A DNA stretch of 40,670 nucleotides. Source: an uncultured Ignavibacteria bacterium (lineage in GTDB: Bacteria; Zixibacteria; MSB-5A5; SM1-73). Below the pieces are notes generated by a model. The model worked only from the letters and a program-made list of their open reading frames with translations. It did not search any database and was not told the DNA's origin. Both the position numbers and the translations under genes were made by a program. How positions within the stretch are numbered: position 1 is the stretch's first letter; each line of letters begins with the position of its first letter. Where the stretch lies: contig CAZPRG010000001.1 in NCBI GenBank assembly GCA_964588675.1, positions 1 to 40,670 of the forward strand, read 5' to 3'. Below, piece by piece: positions 18,720-28,377 of the stretch.

Positions 18720-19544
18720 ATGCACCCGGTTCTGATCAGGATCGGACCTGCCGCCATCCGCACCTACGGATTCCTGTTGGCTCTGGCTTTCGTGCTGGGC
18801 ATTCTGGTGGCCGGCAAAAGAGCCAAAAAACAAGGGTTGAGCACGGATTGGCTTCCCGATCTCTCGCTGATCATACTGATCTCCGCCATAGTGGGCTCCC
18901 GGTTCTTTTATGTGATCTATCATCTGGAGGAGTTCCAGGGGCACATATTGGACATGATCAATCCGGTGCAGAGCTCAGGCGACATCGGGATCGGCGGGCT
19001 TTCCATGTTCGGGGGATTGGTTCTGGCCATCGGCTGCGGGCTGCTCTACATCTACTTGAAGAAGCTCAACGTCTGGAGGATCACCGACGTTGTGGCCCCG
19101 TCGGTCATGCTGGGCCTGGGGATCGCCCGCATAGGCTGCTTTCTCAACGGTTGCTGCTTCGGCACTCCCAGCCACAGCTGCCTGGCGGTGGTCTTCCCCT
19201 ACAACTCTCCCGCCGGCTACACCTATCCGGATACCGCCATCTTCCCCATCCAGCTGGTGGCCTCACTTTTCGGATTTGGCATCTTCGGCTTGCTGCTGTT
19301 GCTGGAGAGGTACAAGAGTTTCGACGGTTTCACGTTCTGGCTGATGCTGATTTTCTATCCCATAGCCAGGTTCACCGTCGATTTCTTCAGGTACTATGAG
19401 GAAAACGCCTTCTTCATCCATTTTGGTCAAAGGGGTTTGACCATCAACCAAGTGCTCAGCGCTTTGGTTTTCTTGTTTGCACTTGTTATGTGGTTCTATT
19501 TGAGAAGCAGAGCACGTGTAAAGAGAGTAACAAACTCGGGTTGA
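18720..19544 (+). CDS. lgt: Prolipoprotein diacylglyceryl transferase
   Basis: From ATG 18720: MHPVLIRIGPAAIRTYGFLLALAFVLGI..., GSRFFYV, GGLSMFGGLV, ARIGCFLNGCCFG. The 29-codon upstream extension of the ORF is P/G-rich and not Lgt-like. Confidence 0.85.
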   Translation: MHPVLIRIGPAAIRTYGFLLALAFVLGILVAGKRAKKQGLSTDWLPDLSLIILISAIVGSRFFYVIYHLEEFQGHILDMINPVQSSGDIGIGGLSMFGGLVLAIGCGLLYIYLKKLNVWRITDVVAPSVMLGLGIARIGCFLNGCCFGTPSHSCLAVVFPYNSPAGYTYPDTAIFPIQLVASLFGFGIFGLLLLLERYKSFDGFTFWLMLIFYPIARFTVDFFRYYEENAFFIHFGQRGLTINQVLSALVFLFALVMWFYLRSRARVKRVTNSG

Positions 19545-19587
19545 GCGCGGATGGCGGCAAGGGCACTCATCCACTTCCCTAAAAGAA

Positions 19588-20343
19588 ATGGCTATCCACG
19601 GCGTCAAAGACTTGGTCTTTCGACTTAAGGACGACCTGCTGGATTTCGTTTATCCGCAGGCTTGCGCCATCTGCAGAAGACCTTTGGCGCGGGAGGAGAA
19701 ATCCGTTTGCCAGCAGTGCTGGAACACCCTGACCGTTCTCCCGGCCCCTTTCTGTCCCCGCTGCAAAGTCTTTTTGGAGGATGAACATTCCGTTGCCCGG
19801 CACCGCTGCGGTTCCTCGGATCGCCCCGACGACCGGATGATCCTGGCCGTTAGATCGCTGGGCACTTTCGACGATAACTATCAGAATCTCATCCATCGGT
19901 TCAAGTACGGCAAGAGTCTGCCGCTGGGCCGGAGGCTGGCCCAGCGCCTGGGACAGGTGGTGTCGCAAACCACGGGCTTTGAGGATTGCGATTTGGTGAT
20001 TCCGGTCCCCTTGCACCGGGCACGGCATCGGGAAAGGGGATTCAATCAAAGCGACGTGTTGGCTCAAGGCATTTCGGAAGCGACGGGTGTGTCCCTTGGC
20101 AAGGGCACTCTTAAGAGAAAGAGAAACACCAAGGACCAAACCCATCTGAACGCCCAGCAGAGAGCCGAAAACGTCAAAGACGCTTTCGTCGTCAGGCACA
20201 GGGAACTGACGGACGGAAAGAGGGTGATTCTGGTGGACGATGTGATGACCACCGGCGCCACCTTGAACGAATGCGCCGGAATGCTCTATGCGGCAGGCGC
20301 CAAGGAGGTCCTCGCCGTCACGCTGGCCGTGGTGGTCGATTGA
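19588..20343 (+). CDS. comF: ComF-family phosphoribosyltransferase-domain protein
   Basis: N-terminal Cys4 zinc-finger pattern (CAICRRP...CQQC...CPRC), RGFNQSDVLA, and the PRTase motif VILVDDVMTTGATLNE. Confidence 0.85.
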   Translation: MAIHGVKDLVFRLKDDLLDFVYPQACAICRRPLAREEKSVCQQCWNTLTVLPAPFCPRCKVFLEDEHSVARHRCGSSDRPDDRMILAVRSLGTFDDNYQNLIHRFKYGKSLPLGRRLAQRLGQVVSQTTGFEDCDLVIPVPLHRARHRERGFNQSDVLAQGISEATGVSLGKGTLKRKRNTKDQTHLNAQQRAENVKDAFVVRHRELTDGKRVILVDDVMTTGATLNECAGMLYAAGAKEVLAVTLAVVVD

Positions 20344-20905
20344 CCAGGCCCCGATCAGCGCACACTTGGCCTGTTGGGTTATCTTTCGGAACCGAGAGAG
20401 CTTGCGGGAGCTACTCCCCAATCGCCGCCACAAGCGGGCGCGCGTCCATTGCATTCAAGGCTTCATCCTTCTGACCCTCTTCGCCCACGTCCTTTCGCAA
20501 GCTTCAATATCTTCTGCTTTCAGCTCTTTCTGCCTTGGCGATATCACGATCTTTTTGTGCTCGCCATAGGTAGCTCTTCTCCAGGCCAGATGCGCCAGCA
20601 CCGCCAGAAGTGGGAATACTGCAGCCAAACGCCCAAGGCGTTGTTTTGACGCCTGCTTTTGCAGGAAAGATCCGTACAGCATCACCGTTGCCTTTAGCAT
20701 TAGATTCGGAGAGCGTTTCAAATGAGGCCATACGATAGACGCCTGAATATTCTACCTCTAACCCTATCTCGTGCGGAGCTTACTCCATCGACTTGGCTCA
20801 GCATAATCGTTGGCATGGCCGGATTCAAGCATTCTTTGGTGCGCACTCTCGAAGGATGACATATAGAGTATGGCTGCTAGGCACAGGCATGATCCCGAAT
20901 TACGC

Positions 20906-20934
20906 TTGACCTGTCTTTCGAAGGAGCGTATCTT
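20906..20934 (+). promoter_or_regulatory. Candidate sigma70-type promoter for the dipeptidase gene
   Basis: TTGACC (20906-20911), a 17-nt spacer, then TATCTT (20929-20934), about 100 nt upstream of ATG 21033 in a lower-GC stretch. Confidence 0.35.
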
Positions 20935-21032
20935 CGCTGTGAATTGCCGACGTGTTAAGTCTGATCATATCGACATGGCTGCCTTACGCGCACCGCAAAA
21001 GTCAACCTAAAAAGGATTCGAAGGGAGAACGT

Positions 21033-22676
21033 ATGAGAGACAAAATCGCGCTATGCTTGATCTGCCTGTGTGTCTGCGTCTGCGGGTATCGCCCGGGCGC
21101 CGAAGCCTGTACCAATCTGCTGGTCACCAAGGGGGCATCCGAGGACGGCTCGGTCATGATCACTTATACCTGCGATGGTGAGTTCCTTCCACATCTCGAA
21201 TACCTACCCGCTGCGGATTATCTCCCGGGAGATTCTCTGGAGATCACCGACTGGTATGGAAACGTGTTGGGCAAAATCAAGCAGGTGGAGCATACTTACG
21301 CCGTGGTGGACCTGATGAACGAGCATCAACTGACCATCTCCGAAACCACCTTTGGGGGCCGGGAGGAACTCGAGGACTCCACCGGTCTTCTCCACTACTG
21401 GGACCTGATGGTTCTGGCACTCCAGCGGGCCAAGACAGCGCGGGAGGCGATTGATGTGATGACCGATCTGGCGGCCCAATACGGCTACCGGGCCACCGGC
21501 GAGTCTTTCTCCATCGCCGACACCAAGGAGGCCTGGATAATGGAGATGATCGGGCCGGGACCGGGCGGACACGGAGCCATATGGGTGGCGGTCAGAGTTC
21601 CGGATGGATACATTTCCTGTCACGCCAACAAGGCCCGAATCGGTGAGTTCCGGCTTGACGATGCGGACAACTGCCTGTACTCCCAGAACGTCATCTCTTT
21701 TGCCACGGAGAAGGGATACTATCATCCTAAGTCCGGCCAGCCGTTCCGGTTCTGCGACGCCTACTGCCCGCCTACTCCCAAAAGTCAGCGCTACGCCGAC
21801 ACGCGCGTGTGGAGCATTTTCCGCCGGGCCGCCCCTTCCCGGAACTTCCCTCCGGATTATCACCGAGCCGTCGAGGGAGCCGAACCATATCCCCTGTGGA
21901 TCAAGCCCGACCGGAAGATGTCGTTGGCGGACGTGTTCACCCTGATGCGCGATCATTACGAAGGCACGGACTACGACATGACCAAGGGAATTGACGCTGG
22001 GCCATACGGCAGCCCCAACCGTTGGCGGCCCATGAATTGGATGGTGGATAGCGTGGAATACGCCTGGGAGCGACCCATCTCCACTCAGCAGACCGGATTC
22101 TCATTCGTTTCCCAATCGCGCTCATGGCTGCCCGACCCCATCGGCGGCGTGCTGTGGTACGGCGTGGACGACACCTACACCAGCTGCTACTTCCCTTTGT
22201 ACTGCGGCATCGACACCGTGCCTGAGTCTTTTACCCTGGGCAGCCTCCAGAAATTCTCTTGGGACTCGGCCTGGTGGGTTTTCAACTTCGTGGCCAATTT
22301 CGCCAACCTGCGATATTGCGACATGCTGCCGGAGATTCAGGCGGTGCAAAGAGACATGGAGCAGACATTCATGGGCTTGCAGCCTCTTGTGGAGAAGGCC
22401 GCTGTGGAAATCCACAAGACCGACCCGGACCTTCTGACCCGCTACCTGACCTACTACTCCACCAACAATGGGGAGAAGGTCGTTTCCCGCTGGCGCGAGC
22501 TGGGCGAGCATATGATAACCAAGTACAACGACGGATACGTCAAGGACCAGAATGGTCACCCGCAGGAGAAAGGTTATCGGGAAGGATGGCTGCGCCAAGT
22601 GGTGAAATCGCGGCCGGACCAGTTTCGCTTACCCCAAGAGAAAAAGAAAGCACCCGAATCCGAGCTGGAGGATTGA
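21033..22676 (+). CDS. C69-family cysteine dipeptidase (secreted or lipid-anchored)
   Basis: Signal-like N-terminus MRDKIALCLICLCVCVCGYRPGAEA followed by the mature N-terminal nucleophile context CTNLLVTKGASEDGSVMITYTCD. Also ESFSIADTKEAWIMEM. GGGAGA lies upstream of ATG 21033. Confidence 0.85.
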   Translation: MRDKIALCLICLCVCVCGYRPGAEACTNLLVTKGASEDGSVMITYTCDGEFLPHLEYLPAADYLPGDSLEITDWYGNVLGKIKQVEHTYAVVDLMNEHQLTISETTFGGREELEDSTGLLHYWDLMVLALQRAKTAREAIDVMTDLAAQYGYRATGESFSIADTKEAWIMEMIGPGPGGHGAIWVAVRVPDGYISCHANKARIGEFRLDDADNCLYSQNVISFATEKGYYHPKSGQPFRFCDAYCPPTPKSQRYADTRVWSIFRRAAPSRNFPPDYHRAVEGAEPYPLWIKPDRKMSLADVFTLMRDHYEGTDYDMTKGIDAGPYGSPNRWRPMNWMVDSVEYAWERPISTQQTGFSFVSQSRSWLPDPIGGVLWYGVDDTYTSCYFPLYCGIDTVPESFTLGSLQKFSWDSAWWVFNFVANFANLRYCDMLPEIQAVQRDMEQTFMGLQPLVEKAAVEIHKTDPDLLTRYLTYYSTNNGEKVVSRWRELGEHMITKYNDGYVKDQNGHPQEKGYREGWLRQVVKSRPDQFRLPQEKKKAPESELED

Positions 22677-22818
22677 TTCCGTAAGGGGAGTAACCTGCCC
22701 TACAGAACTCCACACCAGAGACACAAGTCTCGGATGCAACCCGGCCTCCGTTGGATCGTATTGAAGGATGATCAGAAGCAGTCACTTGAGTAAGGACGAA
22801 AAACGGAGGTAAAACCAC

Positions 22819-23817
22819 ATGAGGCGGTTCATCTGTTTGCTTGTCCTGCCCATCCTGGCAGTCGCCGCGACCGTTCCCGCGCTGGCCAAGGATTTCAGCA
22901 AAGATTTTCACAGGAGCTTCGATGTGAAACAGGGAACTGTTCTGCATTTGGAGCATGGAGACGGCGACGTCACCATCACTCCCTGGGACAAGAATGTGAT
23001 CGATGTTGAAGTACATTACCGGGCAGAGGTCAAATCTTTGGGAGTTGGCGGCAGAGTGCATTTCGACGTGCAGTTCGACCAATCCGGCGATGTAATCAAG
23101 GTCATCGGAGAAGAGAGAATCCGCGGCAGCGTGGGCTTTCGCTATTTCAGGCGATATGAGTACACCTACGATATACGCGCTCCCCGCTACGTCAGGCTCG
23201 ATCTGGAAGGTGAAGACGGCGACGTGGATATCAGAAACTGGCGGGCTGAGATCAACTGCGCTCTGGAGGATGGAGACGTAGAGCTTGAGGATGTAGTCTC
23301 CCCACGCACCCAAATCGACCTGGAGGACGGAGACGTGAGCATCCACGGACTGGAGGGGGAGCTGATGGTGGATGCCGAGGATGGGGATGTTGATCTCTCC
23401 CGGTGCAAGGTCTCGCGCTGCAGAATCAGTCTGGAAGACGGCGATCTGACCGTCAGGCAGTCGGAGGGGGATTTCGAGATCGACGTGGAGGACGGAGACG
23501 TCAACCTCTATGAGTTACGTGCCGGCTCCCTGGAGATTACGGCCTCGGACGGCGACATCGACCTGGACCTGCTGAAGAGCGACGACGTCGATTGGGACAT
23601 CTCCGCTGAGGACGGTGACGTGTCGGTCGATCTCGAATCCGGGATATCTGCCGGTTTCACCATTGAGACAGAAGACGGTCACATTAGGCTGGACGTTCCC
23701 GATGCAGCGGACTTAAGAGAGAGGAAGCACCGCGCATCCGGCGAGCTTCACGGGGGACAGGGTCGAATCCGCATCGACACGGCTGCAGGCGATATCACTC
23801 TGAGAGAATCGGACTAA
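22819..23817 (+). CDS. Secreted DUF4097-type beta-strand repeat protein (putative adhesin fold), acidic (E/D)DGD(V/I) variant
   Basis: Signal peptide MRRFICLLVLPILAVAATVPALA. Eleven roughly 19-20-aa repeats each carrying xxGDx (HGDGDVTI, GEDGDVDI, LEDGDVEL, LEDGDVSI, AEDGDVDL, LEDGDLTV, VEDGDVNL, ASDGDIDL, AEDGDVSV, TEDGHIRL, TAAGDITL). Confidence 0.8.
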   Translation: MRRFICLLVLPILAVAATVPALAKDFSKDFHRSFDVKQGTVLHLEHGDGDVTITPWDKNVIDVEVHYRAEVKSLGVGGRVHFDVQFDQSGDVIKVIGEERIRGSVGFRYFRRYEYTYDIRAPRYVRLDLEGEDGDVDIRNWRAEINCALEDGDVELEDVVSPRTQIDLEDGDVSIHGLEGELMVDAEDGDVDLSRCKVSRCRISLEDGDLTVRQSEGDFEIDVEDGDVNLYELRAGSLEITASDGDIDLDLLKSDDVDWDISAEDGDVSVDLESGISAGFTIETEDGHIRLDVPDAADLRERKHRASGELHGGQGRIRIDTAAGDITLRESD

Positions 23818-23993
23818 GCGAGAAGCTGAACTCACCTTGAATTCCTCTCTCCGCCTTTGGCGGGATCTTCGACTTAGAAAGAGACTTCCGTTCTGTTGTC
23901 CTTCCCAAGATCAAAGGAACCCCGTGCAATAAAACAGGATTTCAAAAGCGTAACTCAGTTACTACCCTCTTTTAGTTGTTCTGGTTCTTGCTT

Positions 23994-24021
23994 TTGGATT
24001 GAAGATGAAGCCTGTGATAAT
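23994..24021 (+). promoter_or_regulatory. Candidate extended -10 promoter for usp
   Basis: TTGGAT (23994-23999), a 16-nt spacer ending in TGT, then GATAAT (24016-24021). AT-richer spacer. GGAGA RBS before ATG 24048. Confidence 0.35.
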
Positions 24022-24047
24022 CACAACAGACTAGGAGAGCCGCTCTT

Positions 24048-24524
24048 ATGAAGGCCAAAATCCTATTAGCCTTGGACGGATCTGATTCATCAACTAAGGC
24101 CGCGCAGTACGTTGCCAATCTGCTTGCAAATCAGACTGATGTCACTGTTAACCTATTCCACGTGCTTTCACCCATCCCGCCCGCTATGTTGGAAGGTGGC
24201 TTGCAGACCACCGACGAATTGCATCGTCAAAGGACCATCTGGCTGAAAGATGAAGCGGAAGTGGAGTGCAGCCTTTTTGCTCCCACTCGTGAGATATTCG
24301 AGAAGGCTGGGTTTCCCGCCAAGCAAATCCAATCCAAATGCCTTCCCTCGGTAAACGAACCGGACGTAGCCCACGAGATTCTGAAGGAATGCGAACAGGG
24401 AGACTATGATACGGTGGTCGTGGGGAGGCGAGGAAGGTCTTCCGTCGGTAAATATCTGACTGGCACTGTGACCGAGAGGGTCGTCAGGCACTCCAGCGCC
24501 CGCGCCGTTTGGGTAATTGGGTAG
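24048..24524 (+). CDS. Universal stress protein (UspA family)
   Basis: KILLALDGSDSSTKAAQYVANLL at the N-terminus and the ATP-binding-type C-terminus VVVGRRGRSSVGKYLTGTVTERVVRHSSARAVWVI. Confidence 0.85.
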   Translation: MKAKILLALDGSDSSTKAAQYVANLLANQTDVTVNLFHVLSPIPPAMLEGGLQTTDELHRQRTIWLKDEAEVECSLFAPTREIFEKAGFPAKQIQSKCLPSVNEPDVAHEILKECEQGDYDTVVVGRRGRSSVGKYLTGTVTERVVRHSSARAVWVIG

Positions 24525-24699
24525 GTGAAGGTCCAAGAAGACCGCTTATCGCGCTGGCCGCCCTTCATCGGTCGGGTTTGCCTTTGATGCGGGTGCTGTT
24601 CTCACCAAACGGAACAGAACACGTCCTTCCAGCCACGTACCGCTATGAGTGTGATCCGGCCCACACGCAACCAAATCCGCCCGCATGGGAGAGATGAAC

Positions 24700-25572
24700 T
24701 CAGGTTGCCGCAGTGCTTTCGGTAGCTCCTTCACCTCTCTCGAACCATTTCAATGGATCCAGCCCATAGTAACTCCTCAGCTCCTCGTATAGTGCGGCGT
24801 GTTTGAGCTTCATTTGTCTGGGTCTCTCGAAGAAGGTCTCGGTGGCGACGGCAAAAAACTCGGCCGGGTTGGTTGCGCCGTAAGCATCCATTATGTCTTT
24901 CCTGCCCGAGAGAGCTTTCCGCCGCAGTTCTTGGAATTCTCCGCTCAACACGCGAGCCCAAGTCACGTAGCTGGTGGCTCTCCCCAGAATCGGTGCTCCG
25001 TCCGCCCTGCCATCTTCCTGATCCAGTTGGTGAGCGAATTCGTGCAGCACGACGTTGTGCGCCCCGGCCAGATTAATCGCCTCCCGTCTCACTTCATCCC
25101 AAGCCAGAACCACTTCTCCCCTGGTCCACGATTCCCCGGCACGAACGCTGTCTTCCTCGACATGCATCATCCCGACAATGGTGGTCTGCTTGGCTACGTA
25201 AGCACCCGGATATACTAATATCGTGTAGAGTGTGGGATAATAGGTGGGTTTCCTATTCAACAACAGAATGCACGCCTGGGCTGCGATGGTCACTTTTATT
25301 TCGTCTGTGATTCTCAACCCTCCGTAGCCTTCAAAGGTCTTTTCTCCCAGGAAGACCTGAACGTGGCCATGCAGCTCTTCCCTCAACGGTTCGGGAAGGT
25401 GGCGATACAGGGCGACATTTCGGTTCAAGATTCTCTCCCACTCGGGCGGAAAGGGTCTTTTCTTGAGTTGTTCGCGTCTGTAGTCCCGAAGCCGCCTCTT
25501 GGTCACCGCGAGGATCAGAAACAGCACTGCGGCAGCTATCAGCAGCAAGGCAATGGACGTACGAGCAGTCAA
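24700..25572 (-). CDS. M90 (MtfA-like) zinc metallopeptidase with N-terminal TM anchor
   Basis: N-terminal helix SIALLLIAAAVLFLILAV. HEFAHQLD (HExxH) followed by YGATNPAEFFAVATETFFERP, both characteristic of MtfA/M90. Confidence 0.8.
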   Translation of the reverse strand: MTARTSIALLLIAAAVLFLILAVTKRRLRDYRREQLKKRPFPPEWERILNRNVALYRHLPEPLREELHGHVQVFLGEKTFEGYGGLRITDEIKVTIAAQACILLLNRKPTYYPTLYTILVYPGAYVAKQTTIVGMMHVEEDSVRAGESWTRGEVVLAWDEVRREAINLAGAHNVVLHEFAHQLDQEDGRADGAPILGRATSYVTWARVLSGEFQELRRKALSGRKDIMDAYGATNPAEFFAVATETFFERPRQMKLKHAALYEELRSYYGLDPLKWFERGEGATESTAAT

Positions 25573-25736
25573 CTCTTATCCCTTCACAGTGATTTTCTTT
25601 TCTTGACCGGCAGGCCGGGATTTGCGTTTGTGCGTGGCCTGACGGACTTTGGCGTTCCTTGCAGATACCACTATCCACGACAGGCATAACGAAGAGCCAT
25701 CGTGCAGCAAGAATAGCCCAAGCCAGGCTCTCCTGC

Positions 25737-27614
25737 TTAGAATTCCCTCAGCGATTCCTGAATTCCTTTGTGCATCTCGTACCAGAAATCCAGAGCGGCT
25801 TCCTTTTTGTCCTTCTCGAAGTAGTCAATCCATTTGTCCAGCTCGGGGTCTTTGGCGCCTTCGACCGTTTTCTTTCTTTTGAGAAAGGCCTGGACCATAT
25901 CGAAGGTCCTTTCGCTTTCCCAGAATACCGAGGAATTCCGGCTGTTTATCCGGCTGGCGGTGATGGATATTTGTTCGAGGAATTTCTCCTTCATTCCGTA
26001 AAGCGATTCCATCACCTCCGGCAGCATCTCCTCCGCCCATCCCCGGTGGAAACGACAGGTTCCCAGGTTGTCCACGATCAACTCCTGTCGCATTCGCTGG
26101 GCGTTTCTCCTGCCCAATTCGCGAGGCGGCAAGAACTGATCGCCGTAGTACATGTAGTATTTGCCCATGATGGCCATGGGCGCAAGCACACCCGGCGTCC
26201 AATATTGGTTGGGCACGATCCAGCCTTTGCGGGCATAAGCCAGATAGATGAATCGATCCAGAATCCCCTGGCCTTTATCCCTGGAGAGCCTTCGGGCGAA
26301 CTTGCGCGCCCCCTCCTGCAAATCGAGAATGCCTCGCTTCTGGATGATCGAATCCAGCAGGGCCACGCCGATTTCGGCATTGTGCGCCGAATCGCCAACC
26401 AAATCGAAGCCCTCTGGCGAGAAAACAGGTGTGCCCCCAACCCCCAGCTCTTCAGGCTTCAGAAGGCCTTCCGAAATACATTCCATCAACCACGACACTA
26501 CGCCGCCGACGGATATGGCATCGAAACCATACATATCCGCCTGGCCGACCAGCTTCTCCGCTGCCCGCTGATCGAACACGCCTGATAGAGGACCCATGGT
26601 CTGGTATGGCTCGTAGTCCTTCTTGTATTCGCCCAGCATTTTCTTGCACAGCGCAGCACACGGTTCACCGCAGGTCTTCTGATGCTTTTTCTCGATGGTC
26701 TCTTCGTTGAACTGCTTGAGATAGTGATTCACGATGAACTTGTCGTGGATCTTTACCCTCTCCTCTTCCTGCATGTAGATGCTCTTGTAGTTGAAGCAAA
26801 CCATCCGTCCGCGCAAAGTGGTGAAGTTCACGCCGAAGGTGCCGCCGGTGTTGAAGCTGGGATCGTAGCGGTACTTGGTGGTGGCCTCCAGGTCTTTGGC
26901 CGCCAGTTTCTTTTCGTACTTGTTCTGGAACCACTCGTCGGCCACCCGCCGATCGCGGAAGTCCTCCTCGATGAAGGTTCCACCATAGATGATGGCGGCA
27001 ATTCCGTGCTGCTGAAGAAGCTTGCTTCCGAAGCCGCCGCGTCCCGCCCAGGTATCGGCACAGGTAAACTTGCCCTGGCGAATGGGCACGGAGCCGATGG
27101 CGCCAAAATCGGTGGCCAAAGCCGCCGGACCCACTGCTAGCATCCGGGGATCGTTGGTATACTCCTCGCCGAATCGCTCCAAAGCGTACTCCAGAAGCGA
27201 GTATACCCCTCCCCTGCCTTGTTTCCATACGGCTTGGAGATCCACCGGCGTAATCTTCACCTCGATTTCGTCGCCGTGGCGTCTGTTCAGACGCAGGATG
27301 GAGGGTGTGGGCGCCCTGCCCACTATTGACAGCATGTTAATTCCCAGGTTGTCGAAAACCAACGCCGCTCCCCCCATGGAGGAAATATAGAAACCACCCC
27401 AGCACGGGGAAAATCCGGTGAAGATCAGCCGGTTGGAGCCGGGGAAGATGGAACCGGCTAAAAGCCCTGCCCCGATATTCAGGGAATTATGCCTGCCCGC
27501 AAGGTGAAGCCCCAGATCCACCGGGCCGAAAAAGTCGTCACCCAGAGGAAACCGGTCGATCCGGTAAAAGGAGGTTCCCGCGTCCACGAATAGAACTTTC
27601 TGATGCGATTTCAT
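25737..27614 (-). CDS. Aldehyde:ferredoxin oxidoreductase (AOR) family tungsto/molybdopterin enzyme, divergent member
   Basis: AOR N-domain (KVLFVDAGTSFYRIDRFPLGD..., AGRGGFGSKLLQQHGIAAIIYGG). C-domain motifs ADMYGFDAISVGGVVSWLMEC and DNLGTCRFH (DxxGxC). Cys cluster CGEPCAALC at 26646-26672. Confidence 0.8.
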   Translation of the reverse strand: MKSHQKVLFVDAGTSFYRIDRFPLGDDFFGPVDLGLHLAGRHNSLNIGAGLLAGSIFPGSNRLIFTGFSPCWGGFYISSMGGAALVFDNLGINMLSIVGRAPTPSILRLNRRHGDEIEVKITPVDLQAVWKQGRGGVYSLLEYALERFGEEYTNDPRMLAVGPAALATDFGAIGSVPIRQGKFTCADTWAGRGGFGSKLLQQHGIAAIIYGGTFIEEDFRDRRVADEWFQNKYEKKLAAKDLEATTKYRYDPSFNTGGTFGVNFTTLRGRMVCFNYKSIYMQEEERVKIHDKFIVNHYLKQFNEETIEKKHQKTCGEPCAALCKKMLGEYKKDYEPYQTMGPLSGVFDQRAAEKLVGQADMYGFDAISVGGVVSWLMECISEGLLKPEELGVGGTPVFSPEGFDLVGDSAHNAEIGVALLDSIIQKRGILDLQEGARKFARRLSRDKGQGILDRFIYLAYARKGWIVPNQYWTPGVLAPMAIMGKYYMYYGDQFLPPRELGRRNAQRMRQELIVDNLGTCRFHRGWAEEMLPEVMESLYGMKEKFLEQISITASRINSRNSSVFWESERTFDMVQAFLKRKKTVEGAKDPELDKWIDYFEKDKKEAALDFWYEMHKGIQESLREF

Positions 27615-27642
27615 ATAATCGATCCTCTGCCAAGGGATTCTT

Positions 27643-28377
27643 CTACGCCGGCTTAAGGCATACGAAAACGGGGATGTCTCCGAACTCTCGGTTTTCCACC
27701 TCGGCGACTTCGAACCCTGCCCTGCCTAGAAGCCTTCTCCAGACGTCCAGTCCGAACAGCCCACAAATGTGCAAGTCGTGTTCCACCTTTAGCCGGCCTC
27801 TTTTTCGAATCAGATAGACGAAAGTGCTTTCGTAGGTCTGATCCTTCGGATTCGGATCGTAGTCGTTTTCGATGAAGGTCAGGTCCACGTCGTCGTGCCT
27901 GGAAGTCCACACCGTGGTTTCGTTCTGTTTGAATCTCTCCTTGCACCGATCCGGGTAGCTGATCATCACTCCGCCAGGTGTCAGGTGCTTGTATGCCATG
28001 TGAAAAACCTTGAGCAGTTCTTGCTTGGTCTTCATATACGTTATGGCGTCGTTAATGAAGACGGAGTCGAACTGGTGCTCGAGATCGAAATTCCGCATAT
28101 CTCTTCGATGAAAATCGCATTCCGGGTTCAGCTTTCTGGCGTTGGCCAGCATGGAAACGCTTTTATCAATTCCGGTGACGTCAAAGTGTCTCTTCAGCTG
28201 ATAAGCGTTCTTGCCGCCTCCGCATCCCATGTCCAGCAGAGTGCGGGCCTTGATATTGGCGTGCTTTCTGATCAGCCTGCCGAAAAGCTCACTCTCCGAC
28301 CGATAGGCTTCAACGTCCTCCCACAGCGGCCAGAGCCAAGCCAGATCTCGGTACAGGCGGTTGTTTGCTTTTCTCAT
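27643..28377 (-). CDS. Class I SAM-dependent methyltransferase
   Basis: Motif I LLDMGCGGGKNAYQL and post-I and post-II acidic residues (VTGIDKS; VFINDAI). Lies 28 nt upstream of, and co-directional with, the AOR gene. Confidence 0.8.
   Translation of the reverse strand: MRKANNRLYRDLAWLWPLWEDVEAYRSESELFGRLIRKHANIKARTLLDMGCGGGKNAYQLKRHFDVTGIDKSVSMLANARKLNPECDFHRRDMRNFDLEHQFDSVFINDAITYMKTKQELLKVFHMAYKHLTPGGVMISYPDRCKERFKQNETTVWTSRHDDVDLTFIENDYDPNPKDQTYESTFVYLIRKRGRLKVEHDLHICGLFGLDVWRRLLGRAGFEVAEVENREFGDIPVFVCLKPA

Noticed and set aside
23190-23660. DNA-level repeats such as ggaggacggagacgt (23322-23336 and 23487-23501) inside the first DUF4097 gene, considered as a mobile or VNTR element or as relatives of the ACGGA arrays.
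   Set aside because: They are in-frame codons for the recurring E-D-G-D-V protein motif, with period about 57-60 nt matching the protein repeat. The ACGGA word arises here from GAG-GAC-GGA-GAC coding, not from the intergenic repeat family.
25659-26585. 308-aa antisense ORF inside the AOR gene. Similar long antisense ORFs: 19579..20454 opposite comF, 32423..33304 opposite cysS, 2429..3328 and 3335..4138 opposite the GT-C gene, 21204..21956 opposite the dipeptidase, 37616..38428 opposite queA.
   Set aside because: In every case the opposite strand encodes a protein with clear family motifs along its full length. The antisense products are low-complexity (R/G/P/H-rich) and have no motifs.
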